Part shown: positions 23,270 to 37,392 of the stretch, piece after piece
How positions within the stretch are numbered: position 1 is the first letter of the stretch
Layout of the letters: each line of letters opens with the position of its first letter
NCBI RefSeq assembly: GCF_001194135.2
Contig: NC_068993.1
Coordinates: forward strand, 18,939,968 to 19,003,967
Length of the DNA stretch: 64,000 nt
Direction: 5' to 3'
Source: Octopus bimaculoides
Lineage: Eukaryota
Made by a program: the position numbers and the translations under genes
Notes under the pieces: generated by a model
What the model was told of the DNA's origin: nothing
The model's input: only the letters and a program-made list of their open reading frames with translations
Database searches by the model: none

Positions 23270-24725
23270 GCAAACATTAGCTCTGCGGGCACTTGCCTGA
23301 ACAAGTGTTCGGGTTAGGTTTTACCCTGTAAACCCTTAAGAATTAAGTTAGCGCTGCATCATTGCCTAATTCATTTCCTGATTTTTGTAGAGCTTGCTTA
23401 AATGTGTCTATAAACCTTTCTGCTTGCGCATTTGATCTCGGATGGTACGGCAGAGTAGAGATTTGATTTATTGCATACCTTTCACACAAATTTTAAAATT
23501 CGTACCCCGAAAACTGCGTTCGGTTATCCGATACTATGGTGTCCGGGACACCGTATCGCGCAAAAAGTTCGTGAAGGAACCTTATTGTTACATTCGAGGT
23601 TGGTTGACTGCATCTACATATCTCAGTCCGCTTGGTATAGCTGTCTATTATGATCAGATAATATGCGCTGTTGACCGGTACAGTAAAATCTTTATGTAGC
23701 CTGGAACGCGGACTGTCTGTCTTAGGCCACAATTGGAATTTCACCGGTGGTGACTTTGCTGCGAGAGCACAACCTCTGCAGGATTTCACTAATTGTCCAA
23801 TATCACGGTCCATAGTAGGCTAATACACGTAACTCCTCATTACTGATTTCATTCTTGAAATCTTTGGGTATCTCATATGAAATTCACTTAATACACGCGT
23901 TTGTAGTGCGGCTGGAACTACAACTCTTTGTGCGTACATCAATACGCTATTACACAGAGAAAAAATGTTGCGCATTTGTGTTACTTATGTCTTTATTTTC
24001 TTTTACTTCCAACGTTTCTTTCATCTTTGCAATAAATTTGTCATTCTTCGATTTTAATCTTATACCTTGAACAACAACTGGCAGCTCCCGAACGACGTTA
24101 CACAAAATGTTTTTTTATTTCATATTCCGCTCGCAATGCGGCAATCACAGTATCTTCGAATAGTTCTTTTTCGTTTTGAATTAACCTTGAGAAACAATTC
24201 GCATGACCTAACCTCTTCGATGGTATATACTCCATCTTAAAGTCGTAATTTAACAATATCGTACCCAACGTTGTAATCTATTTGCATTATGGGTAGGAAT
24301 TCCTTTCTTTGAACCAGAAATTGATAATAATAGCCGTTGATCAGTTTGTAGCCGAAAATTTCTACCGAAAATTTCCTCACGGCAAAAAATGATCACTAGA
24401 GCTTCTTTCTCTATTTAACTATAGTTTTCCTTGCTGCTATCAGTGAACGTGAGGCATGAACCCTCGACTTCATATTACCTTCTTTATATTTGTGTAGCTT
24501 TACTGCTTCTATGTTGTAATCAGAAGAGTCAAAAACTACAACAATCTCCGCTGCAGGTCGAAATGAGCCTTCGAGAAATCCTATGTTAATATTTGTTTAA
24601 TATCGTCAAACGCCTTTTGACATTTATTTAACCAATTCCACTTCACATTCTTTTTTAGCAAATTATTTAGCGGAGTTCTCAATTCATGCATATTTGGTAT
24701 ATAATTTTGATAATAATTCGCTAGA
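23270..24725 (-). mobile_element. Gypsy/Ty3 LTR retrotransposon pol remnant (RT connection, RNase H, integrase)
   Basis: Motifs in order: YIPNMHELRTPLNNLLKKNVKWNW, ANRLQRW...LLNYDFKMEY, MDRDIGQLVKSCRGC (Zn finger), LFARYGVPDTIVSDN, YHPRSNAQAERF. No LTRs recognised. Confidence 0.9.
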
Positions 24726-24775
24726 ATTAAAATGCTGGCAATCTTTTTCATACTTCCTTACTCATTACTTCCTAT

Positions 24776-24777
24776 TA

Positions 24778-24833
<56 letters not shown>
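24776..24833. repeat. (ATT)n microsatellite
   Basis: Directly visible. Confidence 0.95.
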
Positions 24834-25362
24834 GGTAGTAGCAATAGTGGTAACTGTAGTAGTACTCTAGGCAGAAGTAGTAGTGTTGATAAAATTACAA
24901 CATCATACATTGTATGAAGAGTGGAAACACGAAATACGTAAAATTAAAAAAATAGGCAACCATAGTTAATTACTAACAGCATAATATCGTTAACTGATAG
25001 GACACAACTAATGATATTACACTGCTAATGGTTGTATCTCCATCCCAATGATGCAATTAATGAAACCTTATTGTTAGCGGTATATCATTGTTAAACGGCA
25101 ATTAGTGATGCCTTCGTATATACATTTATGAAAAACAACTGTAGATGGATGGAGCAAATATGCGCTTTGATGCATGAATTTGTTTACCGCATCGTATATT
25201 TCATTCGATCATTATACCATTCTACATGACAGGTAACTATTCTAATTACAGATAGAGCATGCATATTACACACACACACATACATACACACATCTATATA
25301 TATATACACACGCACAAACACACATATATATACATACATGTATATATACACACACACGCATA

Positions 25363-25364
<2 letters not shown>

Positions 25365-25443
<79 letters not shown>
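25365..25443. repeat. (TA)n microsatellite
   Basis: Directly visible. Confidence 0.95.
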
Positions 25444-25449
<6 letters not shown>

Positions 25450-27171
25450 AGAAAGGAAGAGAAAGAAAGATAGAGAGAGAAAGGGAGAGTGAGAGAGAAA
25501 AAGGGAAAAAGAGAGAGAGAGAGGGATATATACACATATATTATGACAGTGAGCCAAATCACTCTGCGCTAAAGCTTTCTATCATCTTTTATTATACTAA
25601 TCAACGTTGTGCGTGCGTCCGTTTTGCGCGTTCGCATGTGTGTGCATTTGTGTGTATGCGTGTGTGTATTATCAAACCGGCCGCCACCCTTGGAAAGGAT
25701 TACAAACGATGCAGAGTTATACATACCCAAAGTTCCAGTGTTCGCACATATACTGGACATGCCAAAATATCTCTCCTTGGTATTGAACGCATATTAAGAT
25801 CGTATAGTAACAGAATCAAGATTGCGTTGGATGAAATATGCTACGTTATTTGTCCGGGAAGTTTATGTCCTGGTTTAAAATTCTACCGTGGCCAACTTCC
25901 CCTTGCATCCATCGGAGTTGCTCTTGTAGATTCCAGTTTTTTATGCAATGGTCTATAATGATAGAGCTGTGCCGATGGTCTATAACGATAGAGGAACCGT
26001 CGACAGGTGGCATAACAAACACCGGTTGGAGTACTCTACCGTTGCATCACTAAAACCGATTTGTAACATCTCTTTATTACGGTCAATACAGGACAATTGT
26101 AACCTCACACACACATATACACACAAACACATACTCACACACACACACACGCACACACACATACACACACACACATACGCACATATACATTAAAAGGAGC
26201 AGTGTGTACCTCATTAAAAATTATAATACCAAAATAAGAAAGAAAACACTGCAGTCATACAACTAAAAGGACTTTCAGTGCAACTTGAAAAACAGCCACT
26301 ACTCTTGGTACTTCATTGATTTCTACTTTATATTAACGGAAATGAGGGGAAAAGACCATTTCTTTCTTTTTGTTTTGAGTCGAAATTTTGATATGTCCGT
26401 TAGAGGTCTGGTGCGAACCGTGACGCAGGAAGAAGAAGAGTAGTGTGAAAAATTCAGCCTCAGAAATACCCAGCGTCATATCCAACTAATTTGTCGAAGA
26501 GTTTGTGGTCAATGACCTACAACGTTTATCTTAAATTGCAACAGAGGAGATTTCACAGGAAAATGCGAGCTGGGTTGGTTCAATGTAATACAAGAGCAAT
26601 GTAGACATGATTGAAAATTTCAGAAAGATTACTTTGCAAAAAGATTTAAAAACTTTTAGATTAATATAAAGATAGACTTTTCCTTTCATCCGTCTGAAAT
26701 CGGTAAAGTAATTGCGAAGTACTAGGATTGATTTCTTCGACTTCAGATCTGTGTCAACATGCAATGTTGATACAATAGAGGCGGCATCCCGTCCAAATGC
26801 GAGGCATCTACAATAACTAAAGTAAAACACGGATTGAAATGCATAAAACATGTTAAAACTTTGCAAAGAGACTAATATTTATCGCAGTTAGTGTGGTTGA
26901 ACTTCACAAATGGTTGCGATTGCCTATAAAAATTCTATACACAACTTCCATCTCATATGAGGCGCTGATAATTCGGATCATGGTTATGGGTTCGATATGG
27001 TTTCAATAGAGCTAGCCATTGTACCATGGAGGCGGGCTACTTTGGTCTTGTGTCCAGATGTTGGATCATTGCTTGATACTGCAATATCTGCTCGGCGGTA
27101 TTCGTATATCACAATCGTTTAGTATTGTGAACTCAGTCCGCCCAATCTATCTTCTACCATTAATATCGCTT

Positions 27172-27657
27172 TCCACTATAGGCACAACGGTCTGAAATTG
27201 TGGGGAGAGGCTAGTCGATTACATTGACTCCAGTACGGCGGAATTGGAACGCAGAAGAAGCCATTAATATTGGTTTCATATTTTGGCAGACGATCAGTAA
27301 TTCTGGGCAAGAGGTATGTCGATTACATCGATCTCCGTGCTTAACTGGTACTTGTTTTATCAGCCCCGAAATGATAAAAGGCAACGTCAGCACTGACGGA
27401 ATTTGAACTCAGAACGTAAAGATGTACCAAACCATTAATATTGATTAAAATTTTGGAACAAGGTCAGTAATTCTGGGGTAGGAGTTAGTCGATTACATCA
27501 ACTCCAGTACTTAAGTGACACTTATTTTATCGACCCTAAAAGGCAAAAAAATGGAAAAGAACGGCTTCGTTGGAATTCGAACTCTGTCTGAAAGGGCGGA
27601 CGAAATGCTGGTAAGTAATTTGGCCGGCGGGCTAATGATTCTGCCAGCTCGTCGCCA
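27172..27657 (-). mobile_element. Two tandem degenerate SINE family C copies
   Basis: Each contains GTCGATTAC...GGTACTT..TTTATC..CCC.AAA..AT.AAAGGC and GAATTTGAACTC in reverse orientation. Confidence 0.75.
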
Positions 27658-28192
27658 AATATTACTACACTTTTATATTTGATTTGTTAGATACTTGATG
27701 TGAATTTGCGCGTTGAAGCCGATTGCTGTGCTACCATTAAAACACAAGCACAGATTGTGTATCACTTCTGTTAATTAGCAATTAACAAATTAGCTAATTA
27801 AATAATTACTGAATCACTCAGTTAATTATTTGTTTCTCAACGTCATTTCCTCATACCCTCTAAACATGCCAATGATGTGTTTCTCACACATACTCTCTGC
27901 TTTGCACTCACTCTTTGCTTCGTGTGATTTTAACAAAACGAAATAGTGAAATTTTTTCCCGTTTTGCTATTTGTACCGTATAAACAATTTGTGTGAGTAT
28001 ATGTGTGTGTGCATGTATGTGTGTGAGTGTGCACGCGTGCATGCTTTTGTGAGTGAATAATTCTAATCAAGGTGGTAAGAATGGTAAGAGTTTCTGTGTG
28101 CATGTGCGAATTTTGCTATCTTCTTTCAGTTGTTTTACTTTTCGCTCTCATGATTAATTTTATTATCATATGTCTGCACAGATGTCACATTG

Positions 28193-28261
<69 letters not shown>

Positions 28262-28661
28262 GTGTGTTTGTGTAGATGTAAGTATATGTATATGTACGTG
28301 TGTATATATACCGTTGCTGTTGTTTCTGACATTTCATTTGTTTCTTGTTTTCGTTATTCATTTCTGTATGACAACATTTAGCCCCAGATGGTTTCATATT
28401 TATTTCATTGTTTGTTTTTTGTACGTCTACTCCCAAATACTTATCCACACTTAACCCACACACTCCAGTTTATTCAAACTTTCATCTACATACACGCACA
28501 TATGCACATACATATGCATGTACATAGATGCATATGCATCTTGATATTTTACGCACATACGAATGTGCACTGAAGTATAGACCTGTATAGACACACACAC
28601 ACACACACACATGCATACCCACGCGCTCGCGCGCGCACACACGCTACCGCACACACACACA

Positions 28662-28699
<38 letters not shown>

Positions 28700-28899
28700 N
28701 NNNNNNNNNNNNNNNNNNNNNNNNNNNNNNNNNNNNNNNNNNNNNNNNNNNNNNNNNNNNNNNNNNNNNNNNNNNNNNNNNNNNNNNNNNNNNNNNNNNN
28801 NNNNNNNNNNNNNNNNNNNNNNNNNNNNNNNNNNNNNNNNNNNNNNNNNNNNNNNNNNNNNNNNNNNNNNNNNNNNNNNNNNNNNNNNNNNNNNNNNNN

Positions 28900-28953
<54 letters not shown>

Positions 28954-29069
28954 CGGACGGTATATATCTGGAGAATATGTCTACAATTTGTCAACAATTT
29001 TCGATAGCTCACAAACCAGATTCTTGTTGGGGTTGTAACTTTAGTAACGGTAATAGAAGCATGAAAATA

Positions 29070-29280
29070 TTCTTTTCTACTTCAGGCACAAGGCCTGAAA
29101 TTTTGGGAGAGGGGGCCAGTCGATTAGATCGACCCCAGTACACAGCTAGTACTTAATTTATCGGCCCCGAAAGGATAAACGGCAAAGTCGACTTCGGTGG
29201 AATTTGTACTCAGAAAGTAAAGACAGACGAAATAGCATTAAGCATTTCGTCTGGCGTGCTAACATTTCTGCCAGCTCTCC
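29070..29280 (-). mobile_element. SINE family C
   Basis: Matches family C across head, B-box, central domain and tail. Confidence 0.85.
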
Positions 29281-29624
29281 GACTTAGAAGCACGAACATA
29301 TTGTGATAGAAAATGTAACAAATTAAGTAGATGGAAATAGAGAATTATAAAACAATTATATAAGCTCCGTAATATGTGTCGTCATATTGGCATGCAAAAA
29401 CGATAATAATTTTACATATAATAATAAAACACAAATGTGTTCTCGTCGGTCACGCTTGCGAAAGAAAAGTAAAACAAGAAACTGAGCTGCAGTGGGTGAC
29501 AGCCAGAGACGCCCATTGCAGGCAAACAGCACTGGAAAATTGTGGCTGGAAGACGCTGGTATTTAAATCAAAATAAAAAGAATTCAAATTTTTATCGAAT
29601 ATTGCATTTAGTTTATCAATTCCA

Positions 29625-29755
<131 letters not shown>

Positions 29756-30172
29756 TTATATAAAACAAATAATAAATGAATATATGCATATATACGTACA
29801 AGTATGTGCATACCTACGTCTACCTGTATATATAGGTGCATATCTGGGTACAGGACGTTGCAAACAAAAAGTAGACAAAAAAAATAACAACCAGAGTATA
29901 GAAAACACACAGGCCACATAGAGAACATTTTCCTTCATCAGCTGCCACCATTCTAACACAAGCGTCTCGAAGAGTTAGGGCAGGACGCATCGTTAAAATG
30001 GCTCTTACCACGGAACAAAAATTAAATTTGTACCATGGAGGAATGTAGTGGCGGACAGAAAACAAGACAGGAAAACAAACGGAAAAGGCTATACGGCCAG
30101 ACGTGAAAAATTATGTGTATATTGAACGCTGTGAAGCAACGAACTGGAAGGAAGCGGGACGAAGTAGGTTCG

Positions 30173-30206
<34 letters not shown>

Positions 30207-30320
30207 TAAATATAAGAAAGTTTTATTTTCAAAATATGATCGTCCACATAGCATATATATATATATAGATGTTATGTGAACGTTCCATACAATAGGCTTG
30301 ATAATTCTTTACAGACATAC

Positions 30321-30347
30321 CTCTATTAAGATGATATCAATGGTAGC
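30321..30347 (-). CDS. Candidate 27-nt microexon (ATIDIILIE) of the same gene
   Basis: Follows a 91-nt intron (30438-30348) ending ttttctttatttgtgagttaatcAG, with donor GTATGT at 30320. Phase 0/0. The hydrophobic strand ending in IE sits where Delta has GTFSLIIE. It is short, so it could be chance. Confidence 0.35.
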
Positions 30348-30438
30348 CTGATTAACTCACAAATAAAGAAAACCGTTGTCATTATACCTACATTCATTAC
30401 ATAACCATAAATAACAATAATTAAGAATATATACTTAC

Positions 30439-30565
30439 ATGCCTTTGTTTTATACGAAATTTCATAGGATTCTGTAAATCCTTGATATTTTGGAAATCTA
30501 TGTTATTTGACGTGATTGTATTAGTGACATATCTTCCAATTCCACATGATTTCATATTACTTTGT
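30439..30565 (-). CDS. Next exon of the Delta/Serrate-like gene; second part of the C2 (MNNL) domain
   Basis: Acceptor attatatattttcAG ends at 30566 and donor GTAAGT starts at 30438. The 127 nt join the previous exon in phase 2 with no stop: (A)QSNMKSCGIGRYVTNTITSNNIDFQNIKDLQNPMKFRIKQRH. This matches the Delta segment C-x-x-G-x-x-x-T...NP-I/M-x-F that precedes 'GTFSLIIEA'. Confidence 0.75.
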
Positions 30566-30877
30566 CTGAAAATATATAATGTTCTAGAAAATTAAATCGA
30601 AGTAACTCACCATTAATTTAAAATCACTTTTCGCTGCGATATGTAGAAGCGTACTATCATGGTCTAAATTGTTCTCTTCTCGTGCTTGTCTTAGACATTG
30701 AGCTCTAGACATGTTGTGTAACATCGTCAAGTGTTTTTAGTGGCTGAAATAAATCCCTGTATTCATTTAAAATCGAGTGCTTATTCTATCGCTCACTTAT
30801 TTGCCGGGTCGTTAATTTGCAGAGACATAAACAAACTTACAGCGGTTAGAGACGAACACCAACACGAACACACAAAG

Positions 30878-30878
30878 G

Positions 30879-30924
<46 letters not shown>

Positions 30925-30933
30925 CCTATCTAC

Positions 30934-30991
<58 letters not shown>

Positions 30992-31006
30992 GTCTGTCTG
31001 TCTGTC
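30878..31006. repeat. (TATC)n(TGTC)n tetranucleotide microsatellite
   Basis: Directly visible. Confidence 0.95.
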
Positions 31007-31011
31007 TGTTT

Positions 31012-31239
31012 ATTTCAGTCACTTTCGATTACAGCCATGCTAGGGCACCGCCTTAAAGGGTTTTAGTTGAAGAAATCAACCCAGCACTAGTTTTTTAAAG
31101 CTTTGTACTTACTCGATTAGTCTTTTCCCGAACCGATGAGTTACGGGGACGTAAAATTACCAGCAACGGTAGTCGGGTAGCGGTGAAGAGAAACACAGAC
31201 ACAAAGACAGCCAGACAGACACACACACGCACAGACGCA

Positions 31240-31289
<50 letters not shown>

Positions 31290-31456
31290 CACACACATAC
31301 ACACACACACACAAACATACACACACACACACACACACACATACGACGGGCTTCTTTCAGTTTCTGCCCACCAAATTCACTCACAAACATTTGTTCGCGC
31401 CGAGGCTATACTAGAAGACATTTGTTCAAGGTGCCACGCAGTAGGACTGAATTCGG
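31012..31456 (-). mobile_element. SINE family B with expanded internal (GA)/(TG) microsatellite; head runs into a gap
   Basis: ACGACGGGCTTCTTTCAGTTTC...GAGGCTATACTAGAAGACA matches family B in reverse. Confidence 0.8.
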
Positions 31457-34215
31457 NNNNNNNNNNNNNNNNNNNNNNNNNNNNNNNNNNNNNNNNNNNN
31501 NNNNNNNNNNNNNNNNNNNNNNNNNNNNNNNNNNNNNNNNNNNNNNNNNNNNNNNNNNNNNNNNNNNNNNNNNNNNNNNNNNNNNNNNNNNNNNNNNNNN
31601 NNNNNNNNNNNNNNNNNNNNNNNNNNNNNNNNNNNNNNNNNNNNNNNNNNNNNNNNNNNNNNNNNNNNNNNNNNNNNNNNNNNNNNNNNNNNNNNNNNNN
31701 NNNNNNNNNNNNNNNNNNNNNNNNNNNNNNNNNNNNNNNNNNNNNNNNNNNNNNNNNNNNNNNNNNNNNNNNNNNNNNNNNNNNNNNNNNNNNNNNNNNN
31801 NNNNNNNNNNNNNNNNNNNNNNNNNNNNNNNNNNNNNNNNNNNNNNNNNNNNNNNNNNNNNNNNNNNNNNNNNNNNNNNNNNNNNNNNNNNNNNNNNNNN
31901 NNNNNNNNNNNNNNNNNNNNNNNNNNNNNNNNNNNNNNNNNNNNNNNNNNNNNNNNNNNNNNNNNNNNNNNNNNNNNNNNNNNNNNNNNNNNNNNNNNNN
32001 NNNNNNNNNNNNNNNNNNNNNNNNNNNNNNNNNNNNNNNNNNNNNNNNNNNNNNNNNNNNNNNNNNNNNNNNNNNNNNNNNNNNNNNNNNNNNTTATCGA
32101 AAAAAACAAAAGACGAGGACAGGTGTATGAATAACAAGCAAATGTATTAGTTAGGGGTTCGGGTAAAATGAAAAAGTCTTTTACTTTTCGAGCCTACGTT
32201 CTTAAGAGAAAGGAATAAAAGAAAATAAACAGAGAGTGAATGAAAAAAACGTCTAGAGTTCAGTGGACGAGCATGGCGAATGAGTAGGGGGGGGGGAATT
32301 GTTGAAAGAAAGGGAGATAATAATAAAACAGCGTTTGAAAGAAAGGGAGGTAATAATAGAGCTAGTGATACTAACAAGAGAAGGTCAGTGTGCGTGAGTG
32401 TATGTGAGAATGGTGTACGTGAGTGTGTAAGTGTGTATGTGTGAATAGGGGCGAGTGACTCTGACATGTGTGCGTGAGTGTGCGTGCGTGTATAACGTGT
32501 GTGTCTATGTATGTGTGCGTGCGTATGTAACGTGTGTGTGTATGTGCTGTGTGTAGCAGTTGACGTATGCTTTTTCACGTGGTGTGTGCGCATGTGTATG
32601 TGGGGGTGTGCATCTGTGACTAAACAGCGTGCATGTGTATAATGTATGCATGTGGCTGAAAGTTATCTTTGCGCATGTATGTTGCGTGTGTTAATACGTG
32701 GTGTGTGTGTATGAATATATTGTCTATGTTCAGGTATTGTGTGCTTGTGTGAGTGTTACACTCATAGATACATACATACACATCCATACATACACACATA
32801 CATACATTCTACAGGCATTCATGCTTACAGACATACATGCATACATGCACACACATACATACACACATACATACATACATACATGCATACATACATACAT
32901 ACCTAAGTGCATACACACATACATGCATACATACATACATACATACATACATACATACATACATACATACATACATGCATACATAAATTCATATGCATGT
33001 GCTGAAAAGTTACTATTTCGAATGAAGTAGCATAACAGTCATGCTTTGCTTAGAATTACATGTAAATTCACGTATGTCAAACTTCCAATCTGGCATTAAA
33101 CATAATTTATCCTCGGATTTTCGTTAGTATTAGACACATTTAAGTAGATTAGACTATATATATCCAAAGGAAGTGAGCGATTACTTGAAATTATACTCTT
33201 TTTCATTTACATGTATGTGTGAATGAGTGGAAGAGAATAGGTGCGTGGTCCTTTTCTGCTAATAAGTTCTTACTCCATTTAACTTTGGTAACTGGATACG
33301 TTCTCTGATATCGAAAATTTACGAGCCAACTTTATTGTCTGTTCTTAGACACTCTGATTGTACTTAAAACCAATCTCTCACCCGCCTCTCTCTCTCTCTT
33401 CTTTCCCACTTTTTCTCACCATTAAAATTAAAGTAGTTAAAATTCTACTCGTAGTTCTCAACTTGTATCTTCTTATCGCTAATGTTGGTAAATAAAGAAT
33501 AGACGAAATCATGGTTTTCCGCTGATGAGTTGACGNNNNNNNNNNNNNNNNNNNNNNNNNNNNNNNNNNNNNNNNNNNNNNNNNNNNNNNNNNNNNNNNN
33601 NNNNNNNNNNNNNNNNNNNNNNNNNNNNNNNNNNNNNNNNNNNNNNNNNNNNNNNNNNNNNNNNNNNNNNNNNNNNNNNNNNNNNNNNNNNNNNNNNNNN
33701 NNNNNNNNNNNNNNNNNNNNNNNNNNNNNNNNNNNNNNNNNNNNNNNNNNNNNNNNNNNNNNNNNNNNNNNNNNNNNNNNNNNNNNNNNNNNNNNNNNNN
33801 NNNNNNNNNNNNNNNNNNNNNNNNNNNNNNNNNNNNNNNNNNNNNNNNNNNNNNNNNNNNNNNNNNNNNNNNNNNNNNNNNNNNNNNNNNNNNNNNNNNN
33901 NNNNNNNNNNNNNNNNNNNNNNNNNNNNNNNNNNNNNNNNNNNNNNNNNNNNNNNNNNNNNNNNNNNNNNNNNNNNNNNNNNNNNNNNNNNNNNNNNNNN
34001 NNNNNNNNNNNNNNNNNNNNNNNNNNNNNNNNNNNNNNNNNNNNNNNNNNNNNNNNNNNNNNNNNNNNNNNNNNNNNNNNNNNNNNNNNTATATATACAC
34101 ATACATATATATATATATATACACCTTTTATATCATCACCGCCTGACGAACGGGAATGTGAAACTCTGAGTAACAGTTCCATGACAATTTTACTGCTTTA
34201 ATAAAAAGAATATTA

Positions 34216-34326
34216 AGGCGGCCAGCTGGTTGAAGCGTTAGCAAGCCAGGCCAAATGCTTAGCGGTATTTTGTCTGTCTTTATGTTCTGAGTTCAAAATT
34301 CGCCGAGGTCAACTTTGCCTTTCATC
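34216..34326 (+). mobile_element. SINE family C, truncated within its central domain
   Basis: Head and B-box are present; homology stops after TTTGCCTTTCATC. Confidence 0.8.
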
Positions 34327-34756
34327 TTGAAGGGCTCTGAAGGACACTAAACTGAACCTTAAAATTGAAGAGAATCTACGGAGTTCCATCAGGTCATATT
34401 TGTATAAGACATACCCCTTTGTCAAGGTCACATGTACTGATTGGAACTGCATTGTATGTACTAGAATTAACTGTAAGATGGGGCCTGTAGCCTGCTGTAT
34501 AAAACGCATTGATGGTAATTGTAGGTACCTGAATACGTCATACATTGGGGAAACTTCTAGGAGTTTAGTGGAGAGATTAAATGTCAACTGCCGGGAGTAT
34601 AATAACAGGAAACAGTTGTCGATACTCTATCATAAAACCAAAGATCAACATGACAACATGCTGAGTCGACTTAGTTTCGAAATCTTATCTAAACACCCAA
34701 AAGACTAACTGTTATGAAATATGCTTGAGTCTGTCCTCATAAGAAAATATAACTAG
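34327..34756 (+). mobile_element. Penelope-like element GIY-YIG endonuclease fragment
   Basis: VACCIKR...SYIGETSRSLVERL...LSFEILSKH...MLESVLIRKYN matches the PLE GIY-YIG C-terminal domain. Confidence 0.7.
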
Positions 34757-35986
34757 TAGGCAATAGAACCACCTCACCACTGCCACTATCCACGCACTAT
34801 ACATACAGGTGTGTGCGTAGTATTCGAATGAGAGCTGGATTCATGCAAATCCGGACGGATAAACACATAATTAGGAAGAATTCCAATACCCAGCCATATA
34901 CATCAACGCGCATGCACAGGCACGAGCACGTGCATACACACGTACGCCTATCCATGCACACACAGCCAGGCAGGCGCACACGCGCACACACACACGTGCA
35001 CATTAACGCTCATGTAGGAACACACACATGCACACAAGAACATGCACACTCAAACATACACACAGACAGTTAATTATCCATAAAACCGGATATATCGCAC
35101 GCACATACACATACGCACTCACATAAGTAAACACAAATTCAGATAGACACACATATGAACCGACACACTCACAGAACCGACCCAATCACACACAAACGCA
35201 CAATAGAGTATGCACTAACGCACACACACGCACGCATGCACGAACACACAAATGCGTTAGTGCACATACACGTTTTCTCTTTCTCTTTCACACACACACC
35301 ATGCACATACAAACTGTTCTCTCCTTTCCCTCCTACACGAACTACAGCGAAGGAACTGCACCTATGATTCTTTACGGGACGACCAGCGGATCCTAGTAGA
35401 TCTCAAAACGAACTGACTTTGAATAAAAAGAAGTTATGGATAGCCAATGCAGACACACTCACAAACACACATACAGGCAGGTACGTGGTCGTACCCATAC
35501 ACTCACATACGCGTACGTACGCGCGTACATGCATGCTAGCACCCACACATACTCTTCATTTACTCCCACCTTCGCTTCTCATATAAGCAGCCACACATCT
35601 ATATACACGGTGGTATAAGACTAGTTCTTAGACAGACTCAAATCAGACCTAAAAGAGTGATGCGATTGCAAATAGCGATGAAAGAGCTTTGACAAATACA
35701 CAACCGATTGATAGTCTAATCAGCACATTAAGAAAACGGTCGATTAATTAGTTGGTCAGATATTCAACCGATTCACTAACAATAGAGAAGTGATATTGAA
35801 CCAGTGCGTGTGTTAGTTATTATTGGCATAATGTCCCTCCCACAGTACATCAGAATGTTTTCAACGTACGAAGTGATATCAACAATCTTGCAAACTAAAT
35901 GTAAAGACGAAAATAGACCATAAGTATTTATTGAAAATATTTCTTATTCATAATGTGCCATAGAAGAACGTGGTCACATTGACGCC

Positions 35987-36076
<90 letters not shown>

Positions 36077-37010
36077 TCACACACAGACTCACATGCGAAC
36101 AGCGTACATAGAGTGCGTGAGCGAGTGCGTGTTTGGAGTAGGTTGTGCACTGTTTTGTCTGGCTCATACAGCTCGCGTTATCATTTATATTGAAATTTCA
36201 CCTGTTGCCAGACAAGTACTTTTCGTCAGAGCACTAAGAATAATGACGGGGAAAAAAAAAAATCTTTAATGACTACTAATATGATACCTCCTAAAGGTAA
36301 TGGGTACTTCCTTCGTTTACAAAATGCAAATTCTGTAACTCTTGATATCTCAATATTCTAATATCTTTGCTTTATCAAGCTGATGTTTCGTGAGTGAAAA
36401 TAATATCACACAGCCGTGTACGTACAATTGATGTATTGTTTCTCTGTCTCTCTCTCTTTTCATCTTCTCATACATATATTCATACGTACAAACCTACACA
36501 CATACAATCATGCACATATATAAGTTCAATGCTTAATAATGAGTCTAACAAAATACATTTTTACGGTTGCGGTAGGGGACCGAAATGAGACGAGGTGGCT
36601 AGTAATGATGATGCAGATGGTGGAGAAGAGGGTGATATTGAAAATGATGATAGAAGATTGTGTTGTCGCAGGCGGTGGTGGTGACAATGGCAGTAGGACT
36701 GGAATTGTAAACGCGGTGGTGTTGGATGGGATTCAGATGTAGGTGGGAGAGGTTGGAATAATGGAGTGGTTTAGAGCGAGGGGTTGCGGTCCTAGTAAAA
36801 AAGGATATGGGAAATTGTTCCAAGGCAAGAGTTGATGATGTGGTGATGGTCGTGTTTTGGAGGGAAAATATAAAGAACATGGTAGTGAAGAATATAAATA
36901 TTGTAGCTCTGAACGTGGTAGAATACCGAAATAAAACCGTTCACATATATACCAGCAGAGAAGAGAAAGGAAAAGGAAAGCGCACACGAGGTGATGTAGA
37001 TTCAATAATA

Positions 37011-37392
37011 TGTTGGCACTCCGTCGCTTACGACGTCGAGGGTTCCAGTTGATCCGCTCAACGGAACAACCTGCTCGTGAAATTAACGTGCAAGTGGCTG
37101 AGCACTCCACAGACATGTGTGCCCTTAACGTAGTTCTCGGGGATATTCATCGTAACACAGTGTGACAAGGCTGACCCTTTGAAATACAGGCACAACAGGA
37201 ACAGGAAGTAAGAGTGAGAGAAAGTTGTGGTGGAAGAGTACAGTAGGGTTCGCCACCATCCCCTGCCGGAGCCTCGTGGAGCTTTAGGTGTTTTCGCTCA
37301 ATAAACACTCACAATGCCCGGTCTGGGAATCGAAACCGCGATCCTATGACCGCGAGTCCGCTGCCCTAACCACTGGGTCATTGCGCCTCCAC
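37011..37392 (-). mobile_element. SINE family A, with 13-bp TSD
   Basis: TSD AGATTCAATAATA at 36998-37010 and 37393-37405. Confidence 0.9.

Noticed and set aside
29756-29959. Hydrophobic ORF MKENVLYVACVFSILWLLFFLSTFCLQ resembling a signal peptide or transmembrane helix
   Set aside because: It lies downstream of the C2 exons, so it cannot be exon 1. Acceptors are weak, and T-rich sequence readily gives hydrophobic peptides.
30611-30663. AG/GT-bounded 53-nt segment reading HDSTLLHIAAKSDFKLM (ankyrin-like)
   Set aside because: It would leave only a 45-nt intron before the next exon and puts that exon out of frame (ACA AAG TAA); likely chance.
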